From Euryarchaeota archaeon UBA605 (GTDB lineage: Archaea; Thermoplasmatota; Poseidoniia; Poseidoniales; Thalassarchaeaceae), in contig DATY01000024.1 in the NCBI GenBank assembly GCA_002504905.1, positions 16,796 through 80,795 of the forward strand: a DNA stretch of 64,000 bases, in the 5' to 3' direction. The translations under genes and the position numbers were made by a program. Positions within the stretch are counted from its first letter, which is position 1; every line of letters begins with the position of its first letter. Positions 26,283 to 34,302 of the stretch are shown in pieces. A model generated the notes under the pieces. That model saw only the letters and a program-made list of their open reading frames with translations, was not told the origin of the DNA and searched no databases.

Positions 26283-27392
26283 TCAATAACCTAAACCAAT
26301 TTCTGTGAGTTTCTCTGGGAGATATGTGTCTGTAACGAAATCAAGCCCATATTTTGCCAGTGATTGCTGTTCAGCCTTTTTCCCGATTTCCTTCATTAGA
26401 TTAATTTGATCTTTCCAATATCCAGAATTAAAACGTGGGTCGGTCAGTTCCGAATCTAAAGCACTGATATCCTGTTTGGTCAAATCGTCGCTTGGTAAAT
26501 CATAAGCCAATATATCATCTGCTGTAATCCCCAAATATTGTGCACCTTTTGTGGCCAAATATTCAGAAATATGGGCTGTTTTAATGGCCCCATAAGCAAT
26601 ACTGGCATAGATTCTGAAAGACCAAGGGTCACAATCCGCAAATACGATAATCGGTTTATTCCATTCTTTACTCATTCTTTTCATGATTCTTCTAGTAGAT
26701 CTTGCCGGCTGTCCTTTAAGATGAATCAACGCACAACGGGCTTCCTCATCAAAACCATTTTCTACAAGCCTATCAAACATACCTCCTGTTTCAATAGCCA
26801 TTATGAAATCGACATCTTCTTCAACCAAACTTAATTTTTCAGATTCTACATTGTAAGGGACTCCATAACCAGAATCTCCCACATCATCTCTACAATTTAT
26901 TCTCATCCAGTCTCCTTTACGATTTCTTTCTTCAAACGTAACATTCCCTATTATTCTAGCACCATCTTCTTCAGGACGCAACTTGAAATCTTCTCTTAGG
27001 CACTTAGTTACAATCTCTAAATCTTCAGCTAGATTATTACTTTCATTTTGTGAACCAAATTTTCCATGGCCCCATGCTTCACTAATATAGTACATTTCTC
27101 TTAATGTGGAGGATTTCCCTGAATCTATCATTTGCTCAATAAATTCTGTTACATGTAACGACCTCAACAATTGTCTTGCAGATCCAAGACTTGTAGCATC
27201 TCTGGTACTTTTTTTCTTCCCATATTTATAGACGCCTAACCTATTATCAAATCCAATATTTGTTTTCGCTCTAACGGGAAGAGTCATTGAAGGAGGCACA
27301 CCTTTTTCCATTTTATTGTGCATTTCTGCTGCGATTCCTTTCAATGCTTCTTTTACCTCATCTTTCGTTTTTCTTTGTCCAACATCAGTCAT
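26283..27392 (-). CDS. top6A: DNA topoisomerase VI subunit A (Spo11-like)
   Basis: Catalytic-Tyr region STLREMYYISEAW. The Toprim Glu is in IMAIETGGMFDRL and the DxD is in FADCDPWSFRIY. 369 aa. The start overlaps the top6B stop (ATGA). Confidence 0.95.
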   Translation of the reverse strand: MTDVGQRKTKDEVKEALKGIAAEMHNKMEKGVPPSMTLPVRAKTNIGFDNRLGVYKYGKKKSTRDATSLGSARQLLRSLHVTEFIEQMIDSGKSSTLREMYYISEAWGHGKFGSQNESNNLAEDLEIVTKCLREDFKLRPEEDGARIIGNVTFEERNRKGDWMRINCRDDVGDSGYGVPYNVESEKLSLVEEDVDFIMAIETGGMFDRLVENGFDEEARCALIHLKGQPARSTRRIMKRMSKEWNKPIIVFADCDPWSFRIYASIAYGAIKTAHISEYLATKGAQYLGITADDILAYDLPSDDLTKQDISALDSELTDPRFNSGYWKDQINLMKEIGKKAEQQSLAKYGLDFVTDTYLPEKLTEIGLGY

Positions 27393-29485
27393 TCAGAAAC
27401 CTCCTCATAATCAGCAAAAATATTGATACTATCAGAAGCCTTTTCATTATCTTTTTCTAAAAGTTCAACCTCTCTTACAAATCCGTCAATTTCTTGATTT
27501 CCAGATTCAGAAATTTCATTTCTAATTGCAACTAAGGCCTCACTTTTTCGTATTTCCTCTAATATTTTTTCATCAATCTTGGTCGCGCCAATAATATCTC
27601 CATTCCCTCTGAAGAAAATATCAGTATCCGTCCAATCTCCTTTACTAAGCCCTGAAAGCGCAACATCAATTGTCGTAGAAGTGCCCGGATTTAGAGTATC
27701 AAGACGCCAAGCCCAAATCCCTCTTGCTTCTTTTCTGCCTCCATTGGAATTTTCGACCATTGAAATATTTTCATTTTCGGGCCATTTTAGTAGAATAGTG
27801 TAAGCACGAGCTCTTGCTGTATAATTAAAAATTTTAATTGAGCATGTTGCGAGCTTTCTTTCTTTATCCCAGCCTAATTCTTCTTCACAAAATACTGCAT
27901 TCATTATTTGAGTTATTACTGGTGCTAAATCAGGTTCATTTCTTCCTAGTATTTTTGACGTCTTCTTAGCAATTTCGGGAAGAATAACATTTACCAATTC
28001 GAATTTTTCCTTTGCCTTCTTCCTTTGATCTTTTTTCTTTAGATGATTTTTCAAACCTCTTCCTACTTCTAAAAGTCCTTTTCTGATTTCATCAAAAACT
28101 TCTTCATTATCTGCTACTGCTTCTTTTGCTTCACTAGTAAATTGGACGTTAGTCGATGCTAAATGTATCAATACAGCAGCTGCACCCTTAGGTAACCCTT
28201 TACCTCCCGGATGATCTAAACCATATCTTTTCCAATCAATAGATTCTATTGCTTTGGTTAGTGCACATCCTCCCTGTTGATACATTAATGGCACTCTATT
28301 GGCAAATCTCAACACTTCAATAGGTCCATCTGCCGAAATATCGCCTCCGAAAACAAGGCCTACCTCTATCTGAAATGGATTGCCTTGACTAACCGTTGGA
28401 AGTCTCGTAACAGTCGATGCAAATCTTGAATCAATGGCCTTTGACAGTCCTTTCTTAATTAATAAATCATCAATTGGAGATAAGCAATCGGTAGGTGGAG
28501 GAAGTAACTTTACTTTTTGGAAAGATGAAATTAGTTTTTTTGCATCATCAGCATTAATTCTTTTTGGGACCCTATCGTCTTCAATTTCAGAAACAGCCAA
28601 GACTTCTTTTGCAGCTCTGACACTTACTCCTGAAAAATTATGCCTAAGAAAAGAAGTCATTTTTCTCTGTTCCGACTCTCGCAACATTCTTTGTAATGTT
28701 CCTAATTGTATTCCATGTGGATGAGGCTTAATTTCTTCTACTACTCTAGGCAGCCTCTCACTAGTCCTTAGCCACTTACCTTCTTCTATAATTTCCCCTT
28801 CCTTACCTCTAACAATTAGACTAATGGTTGCATGAGGGTTTACAATCGAAGTCATCCTAAGGTATTGGTATACTGATTGCTTTCCACGTTGATATTTTGC
28901 TTTCATTATCGTTGATATTTTTAATCCATGCTTAATTTCTTCTCCAGAATTTTCATCAATCCAAATCTCTCTCCTTTCTTTTGATTTAATTGCTTTATTT
29001 TTCCTAGTATCTAGGCCTAATTCTACAAATACAGCGGAGGAATCTGTTGCAATTTTTGATACGACACGAGTTTTTGCCCCCGTCGTTAATTGTGCATACA
29101 TTACAACCCCTGTTATTCCAATACCTTGTTGCCCTCTAGTTTGTCTAATTGCATGAAATCTTGAACCTAATAGAAATTTTCCAAATACATTTTCTATAGC
29201 GTCTCTCGGGATTCCAGGACCATTGTCTTGAGATATTAATTCTATATCTTCCCCTTTTAATCTATTAATTTCAACTACAATATTTGGTAATATTCTTGCT
29301 TCTTCACAAGCATCCAATGAATTATCAACCGCTTCTTTAACTGCTGTAATCAACGATCTTTGGAGGGAATCAAATCCTAGGAAGTGCTTATTTTTTTCAA
29401 AGAACTCGCTAACTGCAATTTGTTTTTGTTTCCCGGATATATCTCGTGCATCCACCATTGTATTCCCTCCACTTGGTCCTCCCAT
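27389..29485 (-). CDS. top6B: DNA topoisomerase VI subunit B (GHKL ATPase)
   Basis: Bergerat-fold motifs: N-box AVKEAVDNSLDA, G1 box SQDNGPGIP and G2 box RGQQGIGITG, followed by a transducer domain. 698 aa. Confidence 0.9.
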   Translation of the reverse strand: MGGPSGGNTMVDARDISGKQKQIAVSEFFEKNKHFLGFDSLQRSLITAVKEAVDNSLDACEEARILPNIVVEINRLKGEDIELISQDNGPGIPRDAIENVFGKFLLGSRFHAIRQTRGQQGIGITGVVMYAQLTTGAKTRVVSKIATDSSAVFVELGLDTRKNKAIKSKERREIWIDENSGEEIKHGLKISTIMKAKYQRGKQSVYQYLRMTSIVNPHATISLIVRGKEGEIIEEGKWLRTSERLPRVVEEIKPHPHGIQLGTLQRMLRESEQRKMTSFLRHNFSGVSVRAAKEVLAVSEIEDDRVPKRINADDAKKLISSFQKVKLLPPPTDCLSPIDDLLIKKGLSKAIDSRFASTVTRLPTVSQGNPFQIEVGLVFGGDISADGPIEVLRFANRVPLMYQQGGCALTKAIESIDWKRYGLDHPGGKGLPKGAAAVLIHLASTNVQFTSEAKEAVADNEEVFDEIRKGLLEVGRGLKNHLKKKDQRKKAKEKFELVNVILPEIAKKTSKILGRNEPDLAPVITQIMNAVFCEEELGWDKERKLATCSIKIFNYTARARAYTILLKWPENENISMVENSNGGRKEARGIWAWRLDTLNPGTSTTIDVALSGLSKGDWTDTDIFFRGNGDIIGATKIDEKILEEIRKSEALVAIRNEISESGNQEIDGFVREVELLEKDNEKASDSINIFADYEEVSE

Positions 29486-29560
29486 GTCCTAATGACCTGG
29501 GGCCAACTTGTGATGAATGCATGGGAACTCGTCAGGCTATTGAAACATGCGCTTGTTTAA

Positions 29561-29878
29561 ATGAAGAAAGACTATATTTTCAATGGTATTAGAAATGTCA
29601 TGATTGACGCTGTTGACAGTTTTATCCATAGTGAATCTATTGCTTATATTGGAATGATACTAATTCTGACAGCCTTCTTTCTAGAGACACGAGATATCCT
29701 TCATAGTAAGGCTGTACCCTACTTAGGGCTGATGGCATTAGGTTCAGGCTTACTTGCCGTTCGGGCGTTTTTAATAGATGAATGGGCTTTTCTAATATTA
29801 GAAATCGCCTGGTTTATTGCTGCTATTTTGGGGATTTGGAGCATTTCTAAGAAAATAAATCAGGACTCCATGCTGTAA
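29561..29878 (+). CDS. Small 3-TM membrane protein (hypothetical)
   Basis: 105 aa with three hydrophobic helices (IAYIGMILILTAFFL, YLGLMALGSGLLAVRAFLI, FLILEIAWFIAAILGIW). Its 3' end overlaps the convergent aconitase-family gene by 32 nt. Confidence 0.45.
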   Translation: MKKDYIFNGIRNVMIDAVDSFIHSESIAYIGMILILTAFFLETRDILHSKAVPYLGLMALGSGLLAVRAFLIDEWAFLILEIAWFIAAILGIWSISKKINQDSML

Positions 29879-31841
29879 TATGTCCAGTAAAAGCGCTAGC
29901 CATTACTGTAAGGGGGCTCGCTAAGTAGAGTTTCCCTGGTCCAGACCTACCTTGGAAATTACGATTTATTGCTGAAATTGAGACTTGTTCATTATTATCA
30001 CTAACTCCGGGACCTGCTCCTATACAAGCACCACAGCCCGGGTCAATTAATTTTACACCCGCAGCTTGAAACATTTTTGTCCATCCATTTTTTTCTGATA
30101 AATTCTTCACGGTTTTTGATCCAAATTGGATATAACAATCTACACCATCTGCAATCTTTAATCCAGCGTCTAAGGCCGCCTTTGTCACTTCTGCGTAATA
30201 TGCAAAATCATCATCCTTTCCAGCGGTACAAGATCCTGCATACGCTATGTCAATTTTTACAATGCCTAATTCGTCAATATAAGCCCCATTTGTAGGATCA
30301 GATGGTATTCCTTTGTCAGGATCTCCAGGATGTGCAACCATGGGTTTAATCTGATCTAAATCTATTGTATGAACTCCTCCATCATAAATCGCTTCTTCAT
30401 CTGCTATAACAAAAGCACTGACGATTTCCTCTCTAGATAGTTCACTCCTCCTCTCCATTAACCATTTTACGGTCAATTCATCCGGATCACAAATTCCAGT
30501 TTTAGCGCTACATTCAGTAGCCATATTACACAAAGTAGCCCTTTCATCCATCGACAAACTTGCAAGCCCGGGGCCCCCAAATTCCATACTTCTATCAAGA
30601 GTTTCTGAATTTGCTGCATACTTCCATAAAATATGCAATATAACATCTTTAGCTGTACAACCAGAATGAAGACTACCTACCAGATTAAATCTAATACTTT
30701 CTGGAACCTTTACAAACGCAAATTGATTATGTATCAGATTTGCATATTCTGTAGAGCCCACGCCATAAGTCAATGCATTACTCGCCCCCCCCATACAGGT
30801 GTGACTATCTGTCGCCTGAATAAAATCTCCAACATCAATAAATTCTTCTCGTGCAACTTGATGACATATTCCAGGAGAAACTCCATTGACTGCTGAATAA
30901 TCTCTGACTCCAGTATGTTTTTGAAAATCATTCTGCATATCTCTTAATGTTTGAATTTTTTCTTTAAACTTGCCAAATCTTGGAACTCCAGTGGCATATA
31001 AAAGATGATCTTCAAACACAGCAAATTTTGGGGGATTAGGAATTTTATATCCATTGCCATATTCAGATTTTAGAAATTCATGAACTTGCGCGGTAGTAAA
31101 TTCATGAGAATAACCTCCATCTACAGATGCTAAGACTGCATCTCCAGGTTTTACAAATCCTTTAGCAGAATCTTTTGAGATTAACTTTTGAGAAATAATT
31201 TTCTCAGCCATTGTCATTGGCCGAGGATTTTTATTTACATATGGAAGCTTAATTTTTTCTGCAGCGAGTTTCTTTGCAAAGGGAAATATTCCTCCATTTT
31301 CTAAAATTAATCTAGTAACTGGGTCATATTTATTCGTAAACTCATCCAAATCAATACTTTCTCCATTTTGTAATCTTTGAAGAATAGCATGATCTCCCAT
31401 CAATTGACCTAGATTTATATTATTTCTTTCATGAATCGGTGCGAATGACGCAGCAATAACAATCCTAATTCCAGACCATTTTTCGCATTGCGGAGCCGTT
31501 TCTCTACTGGACCCAGTCCCTTTTCTATGACCTGAAACGATAACTTCAAAATTACCATTTTTCAAAGCATGGGATTCAAACACACGCCTCCCATCATGCA
31601 GAAGTCCTGCATATGCATTTTCAGCAATTTTGGATGGGTCATAGTCAAAGCAAACCCATGCAGGAGTCATTACATCAGTGTTTATGTCATCTAACAGATC
31701 GTCAACTGAAAGGTCTTCCATTTTAAGGTCTAAACCTTCATACAATTGTTTTCTGATTAAATCTAAATCTTTAGTTAGGAATAAAACTCTTTTATTTGGA
31801 TTTAAGGATATTTTTGGAGGTGGCCATGTTTTTTTACTCAT
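29847..31841 (-). CDS. Aconitase-family Fe-S hydro-lyase with an N-terminal swivel (LeuD-like) domain followed by the catalytic (LeuC-like) domains
   Basis: The swivel motif VIVSGHRKGTGSSRETAPQCEKWSGIRIVIAASFAPIHERNNINLGQL lies in the first ~170 aa. The catalytic motifs follow: QATDSHTCMGG, YAGSCTAG and DPGCGACIG (the three cluster cysteines), then NRNFQGRSG. Confidence 0.85.
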   Translation of the reverse strand: MSKKTWPPPKISLNPNKRVLFLTKDLDLIRKQLYEGLDLKMEDLSVDDLLDDINTDVMTPAWVCFDYDPSKIAENAYAGLLHDGRRVFESHALKNGNFEVIVSGHRKGTGSSRETAPQCEKWSGIRIVIAASFAPIHERNNINLGQLMGDHAILQRLQNGESIDLDEFTNKYDPVTRLILENGGIFPFAKKLAAEKIKLPYVNKNPRPMTMAEKIISQKLISKDSAKGFVKPGDAVLASVDGGYSHEFTTAQVHEFLKSEYGNGYKIPNPPKFAVFEDHLLYATGVPRFGKFKEKIQTLRDMQNDFQKHTGVRDYSAVNGVSPGICHQVAREEFIDVGDFIQATDSHTCMGGASNALTYGVGSTEYANLIHNQFAFVKVPESIRFNLVGSLHSGCTAKDVILHILWKYAANSETLDRSMEFGGPGLASLSMDERATLCNMATECSAKTGICDPDELTVKWLMERRSELSREEIVSAFVIADEEAIYDGGVHTIDLDQIKPMVAHPGDPDKGIPSDPTNGAYIDELGIVKIDIAYAGSCTAGKDDDFAYYAEVTKAALDAGLKIADGVDCYIQFGSKTVKNLSEKNGWTKMFQAAGVKLIDPGCGACIGAGPGVSDNNEQVSISAINRNFQGRSGPGKLYLASPLTVMASAFTGHITAWSPDLFS

Positions 31842-31958
31842 CCACTCTTCCTCCTCTTAGCCTTGCCATGGTCCAGTAATATATCACCATTCTCAATTTT
31901 TCTATTGTAAAAAATCAACTTCCTGTTTAATTATTGTCGCTTCAATTATATGTTAACC

Positions 31959-31966
31959 TTAAATAA
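31959..31966 (+). promoter_or_regulatory. Candidate TATA box for tfb
   Basis: TTAAATAA lies about 55 nt upstream of the tfb ATG (32017). This predicts a TSS near 31988-31992, at the edge of the palindrome at 31990-32003. Confidence 0.3.
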
Positions 31967-31989
31967 CATTGTCAATCGGGGTATTTTAC

Positions 31990-32003
31990 CTTTCCTAGGA
32001 AAG
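31990..32003. promoter_or_regulatory. Perfect 14-bp palindrome CTTTCCTAGGAAAG in the tfb promoter/5' UTR
   Basis: Read directly: CTTTCCT|AGGAAAG, ending 14 nt before the tfb ATG and overlapping the purine-rich AAGAGGA (SD-like). Confidence 0.4.
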
Positions 32004-32016
32004 AGGACGTGATGGG

Positions 32017-32943
32017 ATGGCAGATTATCTTGTTGAAGACACCGTAAAATGTGATGAATGTGGAAGCCGTAATCTAAATCGAGATGAAACCCGAGGGGAA
32101 GTCGTCTGTGAAGACTGTGGTTTGGTACTAGAAGACAAAGTGATAGACCAAGGTGCAGAATGGCGTGTCTTTAGTCCCGAGCAAGGCGATCAAAGAGCAC
32201 GAACCGGAGCTCCAATGACGGTAATGTTGCATGATAAAGGACTTTCAACAGATATAGATTGGCAAAATAAAGACTATTCTGGTAAATCTATTTCTTCACG
32301 TTATAGGTCACAGTTCTACAGAATGAGAAAATGGCAGAAGAGATCACGTGTTAGTAATGCAACAGAGAGAAACCTTGCGATGGCTCTCGCTGAATTGGAT
32401 AGAATGGCAAGTAGGTTAGATTTACCTAAATCAATTAGAGAGTCAGCAGCTGTTAATTACAAGAAGGCTGTAGAAGCTAGACTTATTCGAGGACGTTCAA
32501 TTGAAGGTGTTGCTGCCGCCTCTTTGTATGCTGCTTGTCGCCAATGTCAAAATCCAAGAACACTCGATGAGATTGGCGAAGCAAGCCGAACAGGTAGAAA
32601 AGAAATTGGTCGCACATATCGATTCATGGTTCGGGAACTGAAAATGAAAATTCCGCCCACCAAGCCAGAAGATTATATTCCAAGATTTTGTTCTGGACTC
32701 GATCTTGATGCAGAAGTTCAATCAAAAGCATATGAATTAATTTCGGCAGCACAGGAAAAAGAACTCACAAGTGGCCGCGGACCTACAGGAATTGCAGCAT
32801 CTATAATCTATATTGCAAGTGTCCTATGCGGTAAGAGAAGGACTCAGAGAGAAGTAGCGGAAGTAGCGGGTGTTACCGAAGTAACAATTAGGAACAGATA
32901 CAAGGAATTAATCCAAAATCTAAATATTGAACTAGAGATTTAA
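32017..32943 (+). CDS. tfb: Transcription initiation factor TFB (TFIIB homologue)
   Basis: N-terminal Zn ribbon CDECGS...(14)...CEDCG, then a B-reader/linker and two cyclin-fold repeats ([18 protein letters not shown] ; [17 protein letters not shown]). 308 aa. Confidence 0.95.
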   Translation: MADYLVEDTVKCDECGSRNLNRDETRGEVVCEDCGLVLEDKVIDQGAEWRVFSPEQGDQRARTGAPMTVMLHDKGLSTDIDWQNKDYSGKSISSRYRSQFYRMRKWQKRSRVSNATERNLAMALAELDRMASRLDLPKSIRESAAVNYKKAVEARLIRGRSIEGVAAASLYAACRQCQNPRTLDEIGEASRTGRKEIGRTYRFMVRELKMKIPPTKPEDYIPRFCSGLDLDAEVQSKAYELISAAQEKELTSGRGPTGIAASIIYIASVLCGKRRTQREVAEVAGVTEVTIRNRYKELIQNLNIELEI

Positions 32944-32955
32944 TCTGGTGAAAAG

Positions 32956-34302
32956 ATGTCAAGAAGGGAGGCGAAAGTTCTCCTTCGAGAACACTCTCAA
33001 AATTTATTGAGAGAATGTATTTCATTATCATTTGAATATCTTCCATTACCACACCCTCCATTAGAAATTCCGGATTTCCCTGCCCAGCCTCCTCATGATT
33101 CAAACTCACTAATTCAACAAGCATTAGGAATTTCATCTATGGATTCTGCGGGATTTTTGTATAGATTAGAACTTATTATTGAAAAATTTGAACCAAGTTT
33201 TGTCAAACGCCACATTAATCCCGCAGTAGAAAGAGAGAAATGGCTATCTAAAAATATAGAAGAAATCTCTGAAAGAATTTTGATTCTTCAGATTAAGGAT
33301 TGGTTATCTTCAGCACTTGATGCAGAATCTCCTGACACAGATCGATGGTACCTCTCAGTTAGTACATTAATAGGATTAAGTCTGAAAGGATCTAATATTG
33401 TTGAATCAGAAGGATTCAACTTATTTAACTCCATTATTTTTGCAAGAAAACCAGGAGAACTCCCTCCAAATAGACTAACAGGAAATCATCAGATAGCTTG
33501 GGACGGGAAAAAATCACGTTCTTTTTATGAAGAAATTGGACACCCTAGTGGCGTTCTGGCAGCTAATTCAATTTTGGATATTCTGCAACTTCGTCAAACT
33601 AAAAATAATACGTTATTGCCTTATTGGCTCGAAATTTTGTCAATTAGCAAACATCTCTCTTCTTTGCTAAATATTCCTTCGAGAGTACAAAATCAGATAA
33701 TAGATTGCAATCACAATAATTTTGAAAGTTTAATTATGGCGGCAATTCATACTTTATCTCATAGTCCAGAATCATCAAAAGAAATTTTATTTCAAGTCTG
33801 TGATAGTGACAAAGTAATTTTAAGAAGAGCACTAGCCTCTAATCTATCTAGAATTGACTCTGAAGATAGAGGTTTTTCTATATCATTACTGGAAAAATTG
33901 ATTGATGATGAGGATTCGGATACTAGAGTATTATCAATAACATATTTAGGAAATTTAGCACGTTTAGAGAAGTTAGTTTTTATTCAATTTGCGAAGAAGA
34001 TTTCTAATAAACAAGATTCAAGGATGCTTCAGAGGTTAATTGAATCGGGATTAAGATATTATTTATCTATAGATTCCAATGATTCCGAAGACTTAATTCC
34101 AATATTATGGATAAATAGTAATTCTGAATCTAGATCTCAATTGTCTGGAATGCTAATTGAAATAGCTAAAATTAATCAAAAATCATTTCTTGATATTTCA
34201 ATAAAGATATATGGCTTAGATAAAATCTCATACACAGATTTAGTCAATCGTATTACTTTACGAAATACTGACTTAGGCAATTTAATCAGGAACATCCAGT
34301 AG
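32956..34302 (+). CDS. Alpha-helical HEAT/ARM-like repeat protein (hypothetical)
   Basis: 448 aa, predicted all-helical. HEAT-like units include DKVILRRALASNLSRIDSED and DSDTRVLSITYLGNLARLE. It starts 13 nt after the tfb stop on the same strand. Confidence 0.55.
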   Translation: MSRREAKVLLREHSQNLLRECISLSFEYLPLPHPPLEIPDFPAQPPHDSNSLIQQALGISSMDSAGFLYRLELIIEKFEPSFVKRHINPAVEREKWLSKNIEEISERILILQIKDWLSSALDAESPDTDRWYLSVSTLIGLSLKGSNIVESEGFNLFNSIIFARKPGELPPNRLTGNHQIAWDGKKSRSFYEEIGHPSGVLAANSILDILQLRQTKNNTLLPYWLEILSISKHLSSLLNIPSRVQNQIIDCNHNNFESLIMAAIHTLSHSPESSKEILFQVCDSDKVILRRALASNLSRIDSEDRGFSISLLEKLIDDEDSDTRVLSITYLGNLARLEKLVFIQFAKKISNKQDSRMLQRLIESGLRYYLSIDSNDSEDLIPILWINSNSESRSQLSGMLIEIAKINQKSFLDISIKIYGLDKISYTDLVNRITLRNTDLGNLIRNIQ

